Assembly: GCA_051294375.1 (NCBI GenBank)
Contig: CM119264.1
Location: forward strand, 29,765,182-29,829,181
DNA length: 64,000 nucleotides
Direction: 5' to 3'
Origin: Paraspadella gotoi
Taxonomy: Eukaryota > Animalia > Chaetognatha
The notes under the pieces were generated by a model that did no database searches, was not told the origin of the DNA, and was given only the letters and a program-made list of their open reading frames with translations. Positions 40,490-59,573 of the stretch are shown piece by piece (position 1 is the stretch's first letter; every line of letters begins with the position of its first letter). A program made the translations under genes and the position numbers.

Positions 40490-42170
40490 GAAATTCAAAA
40501 CAATACAGACAACAAAACAAAAAGCGCTTATACACAGTATAAAGTCAAAAAGTGAAACGACGTTAAAAGTAAGATTAAATTATCAAGGAGACAAAGGTAA
40601 GTAAATAAAACAATAGAATACAAAAAGAAAACGGAAAAAGAGAAAATGATAAAGTCTTGGTGGCAAAAACGATTGAGAAACAAAGACTGTAAATGGGTTC
40701 CGCCCAGAGACCCTCCTCGCCGTCCTCCTTCTTCTCCTCTTCCTCTTCTTCTTCCTCTTCATCCTCTTCCTCTTTCTTCTCTCCCTCTTCCTCCTCCTTC
40801 TCCTCTTCCTCTTCCTCCTACCCCTCCTCTTCATTGGTCTGGTCGGAATGAAGAAAATCGNNNNNNNNNNNNNNNNNNNNNNNNNNNNNNNNNNNNNNNN
40901 NNTCTAACCTCACCGGGTACGCGCTCACGCTTACATATGCAACTCCACCGCCCTCAAAACCTATTTTTTAGGCTGTAGGCCATTAAATCTTTTCATAGTT
41001 AACCTTTAATACATTGAACCTTAAATATTCAACCAATACAACCGACGTATACATGCCGACAACTAAGAATGTGACTAGTCAGAACAATAAGAGGACGCAG
41101 GCCAGAACGAGGCCCTGACTCGGCATCGCTCACCTTTCATACTTACCCTTTTTGTTCTGAGTTTCACTTGGTTTCGTCCAGTTTATTGATTCAGTTAGTT
41201 TAAGTTTCCTTTTGATTAATTTGCTTTAAATTCTTTTTNNNNNNNNNNNNNNNNNNNNNNNNNNNNNNNNNNNNNNNNNNNNNNNNNNNNNNNNNNNNNN
41301 NNNNNNNNNNNNNNNNNNNNNNNNNNNNNNNNNNNNNNNNNNNNNNNNNNNNNNNNNNNNNNNNNNNNNNNNNNNNNNNNNNNNNNNNNNNNNNNNNNNN
41401 NNNNNNNNNNNNNNNNNNNNNNNNNNNNNNNNNNNNNNNNNNNNNNNNNNNNNNNNNNNNNNNNNNNNNNNNNNNNNNNNNNNNNNNNNNNNNNNNNNNN
41501 NNNNNNNNNNNNNNNNNNNNNNNNNNNNNNNNNNNNNNNNNNNNNNNNNNNNNNNNNNNNNNNNNNNNNNNNNNNNNNNNNNNNNNNNNNNNNNNNNNNN
41601 NNNNNNNNNNNNNNNNNNNNNNNNNNNNNNNNNNNNNNNNNNNNNNNNNNNNNNNNNNNNNNNNNNNNNNNNNNNNNNNNNNNNNNNNNNNNNNNNNNNN
41701 NNNNNNNNNNNNNNNNNNNNNNNNNNNNNNNNNNNNNNNNNNNNNNNNNNNNNNNNNNNNNNNNNNNNNNNNNNNNNNNNNNNNNNNNNNNNNNNNNNNN
41801 NNNNNNNNNNNNNNNNNNNNNNNNNNNNNNNNNNNNNNNNNNNNNNNNNNNNNNNNNNNNNNNNNNNNNNNNNNNNNNNNNNNNNNNNNNNNNNNNNNNN
41901 NNNNNNNNNNNNNNNNNNNNNNNNNNNNNNNNNNNNNNNNNNNNNNNNNNNNNNNNNNNNNNNNNNNNNNNNNNNNNNNNNNNNNNNNNNNNNNNNNNNN
42001 NNNNNNNNNNNNNNNNNNNNNNNNNNNNNNNNNNNNNNNNNNNNNNNNNNNNNNNNNNNNNNNNNNNNNNNNNNNNNNNNNNNNNNNNNNNNNNNNNNNN
42101 NNNNNNNNNNNNNNNNNNNNNNNNNNNNNNNNNNNNNNNNNNNNNNNNNNNNNNNNNNNNNNNNNNNNNN

Positions 42171-42204
<34 letters not shown>

Positions 42205-42589
42205 TATCGACGGTGGACCAGGTGTCGACAACCCGGTTGGCAGAAGAAAAAAAAGTTGTTTCCCCCCAAAAAAAAATGGAAAAAAAGAAGAAAGGAAAGG
42301 ATTGAAAATTGTTACCCTGAAGCTCAAACTCGAAATGGCGGGCTTGTAACGAACAAACTTTGGTTTATAATTAAACAACAACAAAAAGTGACAACGACAA
42401 TGGATTTACGATTAAAAAAACAATAACAATACAAATAAATAATAAACATAAAAAAATTATTGAGAGCGAATTTATCATTTTCCAATTCCTTCTCTCTCTT
42501 CACCTTTGACTTTCGCGTCTTTTTTTTATTTTTCTCTTTTTTTTTTTATTCTTTCTTTTTTTCGGTTCAGCGCTTCTTGTCTTATTTCT

Positions 42590-42759
42590 TCCTCTTATTC
42601 ATTTTGACTTCTCTATTGGTTCATCCTATCTTTTTTTCTTATTTGTTCCTCTTATTCTTTTTGACTTCTCTATTGGTTCATCCTATCTTTTTTTCTTATT
42701 TGTTCCTCTTATTCTTTTTGACTTCTCTATTGGTTCATCCTATCTTTTTTTCTTATTTG
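42590..42759. repeat. 57-bp tandem repeat x3
   Basis: CTCTTATTCTTTTTGACTTCTCTATTGGTTCATCCTATCTTTTTTTCTTATTTG repeated three times. Confidence 0.9.
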
Positions 42760-42762
42760 AAT

Positions 42763-42853
42763 TAGTTCGACAACGATGTATTTTACTGCTGATGAAGACT
42801 TGAACCAAAGTCGAAACATGTTCACTGTTATAACATAAATCGTTGTCGAACTA
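42763..42853 (+). ncRNA. Minimal type I hammerhead ribozyme motif (Penelope-type)
   Basis: CTGATGA (42789-42795), stem II GACTT/AAGTC, GAAAC, palindromic stem III ACATGT, GUU cleavage triplet and an imperfect proximal stem I. All are enclosed by a perfect 15-bp inverted repeat, TAGTTCGACAACGAT / ATCGTTGTCGAACTA. Confidence 0.7.
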
Positions 42854-43222
42854 CTATATTGTCTTACTAGGTTGCTTAAAAGTGAAAATACAATATTGTT
42901 TTACCATATTTGTTTTTGTATTTTTCCCATTCGCTTTCTTTTACCTCGTTGTTTTTCTGTTCATATTTGTTTCGCCGCCATCACGAAATTGTCTCTTCGA
43001 TTTTCTTTCAAGCGACAAAAATTATAGAAAAATTTTTTTTTTGGTATTTTGAAAAACAAAATTTTTGACTAAAAAGACGAATAAAAAAAATAAAGTTTAT
43101 GAACTAAAAAGAGAGAAAGAGAATTTTGGCGAAATGACTCTCTTTTCCGAAGGCGTCCAATTTCTGATCTTAACACTAATCCTTATTTTATTAATTTCGC
43201 CCGAACGATAATCTTTTTTTCC

Positions 43223-43295
43223 AATCCTAACCCCTAATCCTAACCCCTAATCCTAACCCCTAATCCTAATCCCTAACCCTAACCTAAACTAACCT
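43223..43295. repeat. Interstitial telomere-like (CCTAA/CCCTAA) repeats
   Basis: CCTAACCCCTAATCCTAACCCCTAAT...CCCTAACCCTAACCTAA. Confidence 0.75.
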
Positions 43296-43838
43296 ATATT
43301 AAACTAAAAACTAATTTAATAATTCCAAATGTAAGACAAAATAGAGCGTTTTGGAAAAATAAGGCCCAAAAAAAGCTTATTTTTATCGTCTCAGCAAACA
43401 AATTGTTTTAAGCTGCAAAACTTTTTAGGTAATTCCATTCGTTTTAGCTTTCAGAAAATTGATCCGGTCATAAGGCTGTCGTCGTCGTCGTCGTCGTCGT
43501 CGTCGCACGAACAAAGAAGATCCAATTCATGAAAAGTTCCGAAAATCAAATTTGGAATTTTTTTTTTCTTGTTGACATTTGCCATGAGAGACGAGACGAT
43601 GGGTTGCCATGGGAGACTTGGAAAGAGACGGTTGCTATGGGAGATTCGGTGAAGGGTTGCCATTCGTAACTTAGTATAACATAGTAAAAAATGGAGTATT
43701 GTCATTCTAGTGATAGATTAATAATTATGATAACACAGTTTATCATTCTTAAAAAATATAATTGGAAACCTGATAACTGATGTCAGGGGAAAGGGGGCGG
43801 AGAGAGCAGAGAGAGAAGAGAGAGAGAGAGAGAGGGAA

Positions 43839-43898
<60 letters not shown>

Positions 43899-45022
43899 AT
43901 GACCTTTCTTTGCAAAGATAAAAAAATTTTCGTTATCCTCCGTATATTTTCTTTGCTCGTAATGAGTTTATCGCTTTACTCGTCGGTCTTTTCTTTATTC
44001 TTTCCTACAAAATATTTTTTTGGTGAAAACTAGGACCTCAGTTTATTTTAAGAACTTATGTTTTAAATATATGATTGTTTGTTTTTTGTTTGTTTTTTTT
44101 AAGTTGAACTGTCCGAAATTAAAAAGGAATTAAAGAGCAATAAGGTGAACTGTGTCGTGGTTAAAAATCTTCATTCTATTATAAAAGGAAAGCTTTTTGT
44201 TTAGTTTTCTTGAAGCGTCGATAGAGGACAGACTTTATTGCGAGTGCGACTTTCAAAGTAAACAAAGGAACATCGCTCCGAATTTTTTTTCATATAAAAA
44301 GGTACTTTTGATTTACCATTCTGTAAATTTTTCGGGATAAGATATTAAAATAATATTTGTCATGACTCTAACTATTCATTTTTTTCAAAGATTAAATTAC
44401 AAACACTAAACTTTTAAAGTTTTAGATAAATCTGCGTTGAATTTCCCAGCGTACGCATCGAAGAGGATCAAGAACACAGGCAATATTTATTTTGTAATTA
44501 TTATTTCTGATGTTAATTGCCTAAAGCAGACGGCCCTCTTCAACACCGCTTAAAATATGAGACAAGTTTGTCATTTCGGTATTGATTTAATATATAATCG
44601 AAATAGATTTAAAACCGAGTGTACTTACCGTACTTCCGAGCATGGTGCAGTCGTACTCCTTACTTTTTAAATTCCTTTTTAAAACTTTTAGACGAAAAAA
44701 GTACAAATCCGCTAAAAAAATCGGATGAGAACCGAATTTTTAAACTCGGAACTGAAGAGAGAAAGAAAAAATGAGAAGGAAAGGAAAGTCAGACGACAGA
44801 GAAAATAGTTTTTGCTGAAAAAAAAAAGAAAGATTCTCCAAAAAATGATGATAGAAACTGAGAGAACGTTCGGACTAAAAGCCAACGTCATCGTCTGGGA
44901 GCCCGCACCTTCGTCGTCTGGAAGTCTGGACCCTTTTTCACTTCCTCTAGTTTTTTTTTTATTTCTTTCGGGTCCCACGATTTCCTCCAGTTCCCAGTGT
45001 CGATGGCTTCCCTTTCTCTCTT

Positions 45023-45095
<73 letters not shown>

Positions 45096-46406
45096 GTGAT
45101 TCGTGACTTTGCGAGGAGTTTTGGTCACGTTTTCCTTTTCCTTTCATTTTTTTGTTTCTTTTTTTCCTGCAATTCGTTTTCCTCCAATGGAATCATAAAT
45201 TTGCGAAATGAAATTCAGTTTATTATGATAGCTCAGTTTTGAAAATAGCATTCACCGTTTATTATTTGACAATTTCTTTCAAATTAGTAATTTTCCTAAT
45301 TGTACAAGGGCGAAGGGAAGTGAAATAATCTCTGATGATAACTGATGATAGAATTTAATTTGTAATGACAGTGTTATGATAAACAACAAATCAGAAAACA
45401 TTCAAATAAAAAGTTATGCATGAAATTTACTTACCTGAATTGTCCAAGCAGCAAAAAATAATAAAGAAGGAAAGATATTAAATGAAAACAATGTTCTAAA
45501 AAACATTTAGTTAGAGTAAATTAATTATTCAATAGGTGGAAAGTCTCTGTTTTAAGAAATCTAAACCATTATACCTGATTTTCTGTTTCCCATTATTAAC
45601 TGATACAACCAAAATATTTAAAATAAACTTGAATCAAAATATTAAACATTAAACAATTTAAGTTGCTCAAGAAAACTCCAGTAAACTTTACTAACAACGC
45701 TCCATCTTTATTTAGTCTTTAAATCAATTTTTATTTATTATTTATATCAAAGATGAGCTCGACTCATCTTCAACATTTGTCTCATTTATCTTTTTTCGAA
45801 ACTTTCGATTTAACCCAAAATCTTTTTTTCCTTCCACCTCCGCATTTATTTCTTTTCCTTATTCATCAGTTAATATCCCGATCTAACTTCCAAGCTAAGC
45901 AGGTCAATAGCCAACTGCTGGTACTGTGTTGTCGATAGCCGAGTATCTTTTCCCCCCGACACCGAACTGAATTTTCTCCGCGATCTTTTCTCGGGAAATC
46001 AAATCTTTTCGTCCAAGTTTTCGATGAAGACGCGGCTTCTAACTCACTTTATTTTTTTTGGCTTTCCTGGTTACTTCCTCGCATTCCGAATATCAAATCC
46101 AAAGCGTGAAAAACATTTCTTGGCGCGGTCGGTGAATCATCGTTAATTCGCCGGGTCATAACAATCGATTTTAAACAGAATATAAACTGAACGTAAAACG
46201 ATGAATATTAAGCAGTTTTAAACCATTATCTCTGCTAAACCAGAAAGGCGTTTTGGATGTCGAGTCAACATTCTGGGCACGTATAAATCCAGTTCAGCTT
46301 AATCCGTTTAAATTATAACAAAAACGTGGAACGATCGAGATCCAGCCAATTAATCGGACTAGCGATTCCGGATTAAATCTCAATAAAAAAAAAACAATAA
46401 TAAACA

Positions 46407-47505
46407 ATGAATTCGTCAGAATCGGCGTCCATCGTGGAGGAAGAAGAGTCGCTCGCTATCGACGATCGAGTCTCACCGATCCGCGCTCGATATCGCAACA
46501 GCAATTCGCAAAGTCACTACAGCAGCAGCGACAACAGCGACTACAGCAGCGGAAGCAGCGGCGAATTGGGTCACGGCGACGACGATCGTCGCGACCTAAC
46601 GACCATCGCCATGCCCGGCGGTCGCTCCAGTCACGGTGCCACTCCCGGGGCCAATCCTCGTGCCATATCTGCCATCTCCGCCGTCACTGCCATAGACGAT
46701 GAACCTTACACTTTCTCTCAACGATTGTTTAAGATCTTTCCTCGTCTTCTTTGCGTTCTCGTCGTTTTGGCGCAGGTGAGGGAAAGAAAAAAAAATCGAA
46801 ACAAAACAAAACAAAATGTAAATAAAACAAATCCCAAACCAATGATTAGAGGTACTATATCACTAGGTCCTCAATCTCATTTGCATATTGTGGTAGCTTA
46901 GATTATTTTTCATAACTTTTGCTTTTATAATTTTTAAAGTTTTGATTTATCATTTTTCGGGCTATTTTACTAAGGTTTAACGTTGATGTAGTTTTCCCAA
47001 ATGATAATTTGACATTTCATTGTAGAATGGTAGCCTGTAATTTGGGATTGTATTGTAATAAAATAAAACGATATTCTTCAGGGCGTGGCCCTCGATGGAT
47101 TCCTGGCCGAGGATTTCAACGACGATCGAATGTTCGCTTTGATCATCGCCGATGTCATCGTCGTCGCCGTCATTGGCGTCACCATGGCAACCAACTATCG
47201 CGTAATCACCGCCGTCAGGGGGCAGAGCGTCCGGGAGTCCTTCGTCAGTCTCAAAAGTATAAATTATTAAAAATAATTATTGAATTAAATTTATTAAGGA
47301 TTCAATATTAAGTATTATTGAGACATTAAAAGTTAATTATTCTGTAGTTTTTTTAAGTTGTCCAGTGTCCGTATCCGTATAGTTAAGACAAAATTTATTC
47401 ATTCATTAAATCAATAAATCTTTTTTGCCTTCTTTCTCGTTTTTGTGTATTTATCTTGTATAATCTAATTCTTTTTATGCTGGCAAGTAATAACATAAAT
47501 TTATA

Positions 47506-47545
<40 letters not shown>

Positions 47546-49151
47546 CTCTCTGTCCTCCTGTCCGACACCAACGCAGGCCTAGCTCTCCCCCTACCCTCTC
47601 CCCTTCCCTAATCTTACGCCGTCGACCCGCCTCACCCAATCCCTGCCCTGCGTCGCTTGGTTGTTCTACTCGGTTCTCCTCGTTCTGAAAATCGTTCTCC
47701 TCGTTTATCACCCGGTTTCGCCCTGGGTCATTGATGGCAGCGGCGGCGGCGTCCTTCCACCGTCACGGTCCAACGCCACGGCGTCGAACGCCACGCGCGT
47801 CAACGTCAACGTATCCTCACCGGGTGAGTTTAAATTTAAAAATATCAATTAGATATACAGGGTTGTATTTAAAGGAGATTTTACACCGACAATGTTATCC
47901 CATTACAAAGAAATGTTTAAAGTTAAGAATCTGACTTTAAAAAAAGTGAAAAATAAAGCAAGAGAGGGAAAAAGTTGACATATACTTATACGTATACCTA
48001 TCGGTATACGTATATCTCTCTCTCTCTCTACTCTCTCTCTCTCTCTCTCCTCTCCTCTCTCTTCTCTACTTTGTCTCTTCTAATCTCTTTCTCTTCCCCT
48101 TCTCTACCCATTGTTTATTTCGTTTAGTTGTTTAGTAAAATTTGTTCATAAATTTGTTTTCCTTTTGTTTATCAACAAACAAACATCCTCCAGTGAATCT
48201 CGACGAAGTCCTTCGCATCGCCGGCGGCGTCGTCGACTCCCTCGACGGCAACCGCACTTCCGGCGGCGCCGACGAGCGCGCCGAGGAGAGCGCCGTCCGT
48301 CGGTGGATCCGCGAAAGATGGCGACACGAATCGTCGGAAGAAGTGGAGTCTGTGTTGAAGGTCGTGGTGGCGCTGGCGGCGGTGGTGTTTCTGCTTATGA
48401 TTTTGACGTTGCAGGTGAGAGAGAGAGGGAGAGGGAGATAGAGAGAGAGAGAGAAATAGATACAGAGAGATAGATACGTATACGTATACGAGATAAGAGA
48501 TAAGCGAGGGCCTGAAACAGAAAGACCCATTTTTAGACTGAGAGACAGAAAAAAAGACAGAAAGACAGACAGACCCATTTTAGATTGAAAGACTGAGACA
48601 GACTTGGAATCTTCATTTCCTCAAACCCTTAATGACCTATCCCCTCCTTCCCTCTCCCTTTCTCCTCCCCCTCTTCCTCTCTCTCCCCCTCTCTCTCCCT
48701 ATCCCTTCTCCCCTTCTCCCCTTCCCCCTCCCTTTTCTCCCTCCTTTCTCCTCCCCCTCTTCTCTCTCCCTCTCCCCCTTCTCCCCCTTCCCCTCCCTCT
48801 CCCCCTTTCCTCCTCCCTCTCTCCCCCTTCTCCCCCCTCTCCCCTTCTCTCCCCAGACCGTTGACGCGACCAACACGTCACGCAAGATGTTCTCGAATTC
48901 GCAGCGTCGCGCGTCACGTTTGACGTCCTCGATTGCGTCCAACTCTTGAGCGTGACGCTTTTCGCCGACGCGGCGCTGGTCGGCGGAGGACGGCGCGACG
49001 CCGGTGACGCCGCGGGGCTGGACGACGGCGCAGATGGCGTCTGCGCAACGCCATCGTCGTCTTTGCGTCGCTGAGTCTCGTGACGCCTGCAGTTGCTATT
49101 GCGGATCTGAGCTTTTCGCTTCATGGTGAGTGGAGTTGGGGTCTCTCTCTC

Positions 49152-49197
<46 letters not shown>

Positions 49198-49278
49198 TCT
49201 CTAACTTAGTGTCATTTTAAATCTCTTTCTTTCTTTTCTCTCTCTCATTATCCACCCTTTCTCTCAATAATAATTATA

Positions 49279-49338
<60 letters not shown>

Positions 49339-49919
49339 GTTATTGTTATTATTATTATTATTATTAAGCACGATACTCATTTATCTAAATTTAAAAAGAA
49401 CAAATAGATAAATAAAAGCGATCATTATTTATATTTATATTGAAGAACAGTTCCTGAATGTTCGTAGCAAATTGTTCTTCATCTCGAGTCCTTCGATGTC
49501 CGCAAGAATTTGTCTCCGAACATCAACTCTTCTTCTCCCTCCTCCCCTCTCATCCCTCCCTCCCCCCCTCTCCCTCCCTCTCTCTCCCTCCCCCTCACTC
49601 CTCTCTCCTCCCCCCCAGGCCTTCTCCCTCCAAACCCTACATCCGCCTCGCCTCTTCCCTCCTCCATCTCTTCCTCATCAACGTCCCCTTCTTCGTCATC
49701 CGCCTCGTCCTCTCCCTCTCTCGCGCCTCCAAAGGCGGCGCCGCGGCGTGGTCGGGCGGCGTGGCAACGGCGCCGGCCGACGCCGTCTCCGTCTTCATGG
49801 TCAAAAACGTCGTCATGATTTTTCTCGGAGTCAGAAACGTGAGGAAAGTGCAGCGGCACATCCTGAAGCTGCGGGCGGCGGAGGCTGCGGCGGCGGCGAG
49901 GGAATCCGGTGTGGCTTGA
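46407..49919 (+). CDS. TMEM121/CECR6-family membrane protein, 6 exons
   Basis: Exons ~46407-46775, 47082-47256, 47577-47823, 48194-48414, 48857-49125, 49619-49919. Family-like segments RLLCVLVVLAQGVALDGFL, LPCVAWLFYSVLLVLKI, VTFDVLDCVQLL, LINVPFFVIRL and VSVFMVKNVVMI. A few frameshifts in exons 3 and 5 are probably errors. Confidence 0.8.
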
Positions 49920-50604
49920 AGGCGAGTTGCGGAAGTTTTGTGAGGAGTTGAGGAATGAAGACTGAAAAAAAGCCTTGAACAATAAACTTGAAAACTTGCA
50001 AATCCTTGTATCGAAGTCTGCTTTAAAATATGCTGTGAATTAGCCAAACTTGATACGGTGTTACTGATGCCTATGATACTGATGATACTGATGACGACGG
50101 TGATACTGTTACTGATGAATCTAGTGATACTGATATTTTTCCGCATTGCACTAGTCATCCTTTTAGAGATTAGTTTAATAATTTTTATACAAGATTTCAC
50201 CCGCCTATATATTGTGCACCTTTTTTTTGAATAAAATTTGTAATCCCGACGTTTGGGGTAATGCTACAATATGTTGCACAATTACGGTTGTTCTTTATTT
50301 CTATTTAATGTTTAGAAGCATAGGCAATAATTACAATTGCGAAAGGCCAGCTCGTGTTTTCCTTTCTTAGCGAAGAAAATTTAAAGTATTTTCAACTACA
50401 CTCCTTCTGAAATGTTCTTTTTTTTCGTCACGAATAGTCATGTCATGCAATGCGCCCTCTTAAAGGAAGTGAGGGAAAAACAAGTGGCCAATTCCTGATT
50501 AACTTCTACAAAATAGTCAATAGAGAATATAAGTTTATAATAAATATAAAATATAATAAATATAAGTTTGTCTATAAGCCTCAAATTTAAATATCATTAT
50601 TTTC

Positions 50605-50800
50605 GGTAAAATTTTACTTTCGCCGATTGTGGTTTTTGGCATTTTTTGAAAAACCATTTAAAAATACTTATTTTTAAAAAGAATTAAAAGAATTAGTACC
50701 TAATTACTTTAACCTTAAACCCTCCTAACCCTAACCACCCTTTAACTACCTCTAACCCTGAAGCCCCCCTAACCCCTGACGGCGAAAGTCAAATTATGCC
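50605..50800. mobile_element. MITE-like element with internal telomere-like tract
   Basis: Imperfect 21-bp TIRs GGTAAAATTTTACTTTCGCCG / CGGCGAAAGTCAAATTATGCC, with internal CCTAACCCTAACC. Confidence 0.55.
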
Positions 50801-52779
50801 TTATTTTCTTTATCCATTAATTAATTAATTAAACTAATTAATACGCGTGTTCGGAAACCTACGAACGTCATTCACAAATTTCACTTTACGCGATTTTTTT
50901 TCACCTGTTGTTCCTCGTTGCAAAATGTGGCGATCCAACCAGAAAAACGCCGCCATCTCGATGACCTTAAATCTTCGATGTTGATTTTTAAACTCGCTTC
51001 TGTCAATCGACGTGATTTCTTTAATTTCTTTTTTTTTATTAAAAAAATAAAAATAAAACCAAAATGGCGAAGGCTGAAATCTTCTTCGAATGGATATTTA
51101 ATTATTCGGATTTTATTTTACTATATCGAGTACAAAACTTGAATATATTTTCATAAATATAATATTATATAAGTATTTAATTTACCGACTCAGTGTATCA
51201 TTGCAAAAGAGCGACTGCACTATTTTTAGCTTCACTATTATTAGTATTAAGGAAGAAGACTTCGCCTTAATCTTCTTAATGTCGAGATCGTATTCGTGAT
51301 AAATCGTCCAGCGTCTCCCGCCGCCGCCGCCGACGCCGCGGCCGCCGCCCGTCCCGCCGCCCAGGTACGCCATCGCCAACTGATAGTTGTTCTTATGAAT
51401 GTTGTTTTAATCCTTTTATTTTGATGGTTGATTTATAAATCCATTAGAGGTTCGACTAAAAATAAATTAAATTTGGCCAAACGGGGGGGAAAAACCATTG
51501 ATGAGAGAGAATTAGTAATTACGATTTCATTTGCATCCTTTTCGTTGCAGAAAAAGGGTCGACGGGTGAAATTCACTGAACGAAAAAAAAACAGCGAAGG
51601 TTCTAATCGAGAGACGTTTTATTTCATTTCTGCACTCACTCATTCACTTAATTCGGTTATTGAATATTATCTTTATTTTTATTATTATCTTTATAATTAT
51701 TATTATTATATTTGTTTTTTAATTCTTTTTTATTAACTTCTTTATTATTATTATCTTATTATTATCTTTATTATTCCCTTCATTCAGTTAATGATATTAT
51801 ACATAAAATCTCTTTCAACATCGAGATCAACGAATTAATTAATTAATTGATTAACTCTAAACAAAACAAAACAGCTGCGCGAAATTCAGCGAAATGGAAA
51901 CGAACGTGACGCGTCACGACGGGCGACGGGTGACGCGTCCAATCGAGCGAGGAGAAGCGCGAGTTCGTCGTAAATCGTCGTGAGCGGCGAAGTGACGCGG
52001 CGATCGTCGTAAAGGAATGACGATGGAGCGGAGAAGTTATTTACTAAGTGGCTTAGTGATAAAAAATTTATTTGCAGAGAAGTAGGACATAAGAATAGTA
52101 AAGTTTGCTGCAAAATGACTTGGCAAGTTGCATTGCGATTATCATGGATGTAAGAAAAAAAGTAAATTAGTGACAAAGTGCCATAGCATTTGAAATAAAG
52201 GTAAGGCCTCAAAAGTGGCATCATATTGCAGTTATTGTAATAAATTTTGGACAAAGAAAAAGCAAAATTAGGTAGCGGCGAAGTGACTAGGCGATCGTCG
52301 TGAAGGAAGAAAGACATTTGCGGCGAATTAACATAGCGATCGTCGAAAAGGTAGGACGAAAAAGAAAATATAAACGAATCTTCGCTTCTTTTTTTTAATT
52401 CGTTCACGTGACGTCGACAAACTTCACGATTCCGGTTTGTGAGAAAGCGTTGCCTTCGAAAAGAGGGGAATCACGGAGAGTGTGATTAGTTTCACGGAAC
52501 TAATTCTCCGTTAGGGGGAAACAAATACGAGAAACAAGTAACAAAACAACAAAAACAAACCCGCATTCTGTTTTTTTTTCGGGGCGACATCCCGACTTCA
52601 CGCCCGCATGTGACGAAGAATCGATTAAAATCGTGAAAGGGTTTTATATTTAAGGAATTTCATTTTGTCACGGAAAAAAAAGGTTAAAGTGAACCGCCAT
52701 TGCGGCGCATCGACGTATTTTTTCACTTTTTCTAATTGATTTTTGATTCTCAAAACTTTCGGCGTTTTTTTTACTCAAG

Positions 52780-57932
<5,153 letters not shown>

Positions 57933-58532
57933 TGGAGAAAGAAGACGGTCTTTGATGGAGAAAGAAGACGGTCTTTGATGGAGAACCCTGTATATTGTAT
58001 AACCGGAAATAGTATTATTTCATTTTTTTTTTTTAGGTTTATGAAGATGAGGAATTCTTTTTAACACCGTTTGCTCTGACTAGTCGTTTTTATTGTCTCG
58101 TGATTGTTTTAATAAATACTGTCATTCTAATATTGTTATTATTATTCTAATATAAACAAAATCGATAAAAAATTAATTTGGTCTAAAGTTAAACAAAAAA
58201 AGGAAATTATCCTCATATTTGACTGAGACTTCCAGGTATCAAACCTCGTGGTCAAAGTATTAAAGTATTAAAATTACGAAATAAAAAAGTTAAAAATCTA
58301 GAATTAATAAAATAGAAAAGCAAAAAGACATGATTACCATTATTCTACTCTGTTGAGAAATTAAAATTTACTTAACTTATGATCGATGTTTACCAAATCG
58401 CGATACCGATAAAATAAGGCTTAGACTCTTAGTTGCAACGGAGTTCGACATTGTGCAATGGATTCCACCTAAATTATTAGATTGTGAGAGACACATTATC
58501 CCGTTTGCGGCCAAAGAAAAAATAATTGAAAT

Positions 58533-58626
<94 letters not shown>

Positions 58627-58805
58627 AGAGAGAGCAGGAGAAGGGAGTTTCTTTCATTGGCCACAAACGGTATCAAGTGAATAGACCCTCCAATCGTCCG
58701 ACGCTCGAAAACAAAAAAAGAACGCCGGAACATCTAAGCGCTGCTTTTCATTCTCCTTCGCGCCGCCTCCTAAATCCGACGTCCGCTTTTTCATTCTCCG
58801 GCGCG

Positions 58806-59457
58806 ATGGAACCGTCTCTCCGATCGAAGTAACGCGCGCAAACTTTAAGGAAATAGTCGGCGCCTACGACAACGTCATCGTGGTTCTCGACGGCGTCATT
58901 TGGCGCCAGATGGCGTCGAGGTCGTGGACGGCGCCGCCAAAGTCTGCTCATGGATCCAGAAGATGGAGAAAGAACGTCTACTACATCAGCAACAGGATAA
59001 TAAGTCGAGGTGAGGAGTGGAATGGGGACGGAGTCGATGGGGTTCGGCTATGCATGGGGAGGAGGAGGTAGGAGCAGGAGGATAGAAGCGAGAGGAGAGA
59101 GAGAAACAAAGAAACAAATTGCTTTGGTCTGTGGCTCTATTAGTCTACAAATTCAACATCATTGAGTCATTGTGACAAAAGGGTCAAATTCTCGACCTTT
59201 CTGCTCCTCATCATCATCGTCAAAACTCACCCTACCTTTCCCCCCCCCACCGCCCCCCTCTGGCGGACAGAGAGCAAACTCTGTTCGCGTCTCGCGTCTC
59301 TCGGCGTCGTCGGCGTCACGAAAAACGTCATCGTGACGTCGTCGTCGGTCTAGCGACGCACGTGGCGAGGAATCTGCCGAAGAGGAAGAAGGTCTACGTG
59401 ATGGGCGGGAAATGGTCTTAAGGCTGAACTAGACGATCAAAAAGTGAAGAATTTGGG

Positions 59458-59529
<72 letters not shown>

Positions 59530-59533
59530 AGAG

Positions 59534-59573
<40 letters not shown>

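Noticed and set aside
43223-43295. True telomere or chromosome fusion point
   Set aside because: The tract is short and degenerate, and similar CCCTAA tracts sit inside the MITE-like element at 50605-50800.
45428-45438. U1 snRNA 5' end (ACTTACCTG)
   Set aside because: No U1 body follows. It is better explained as a minus-strand splice donor.
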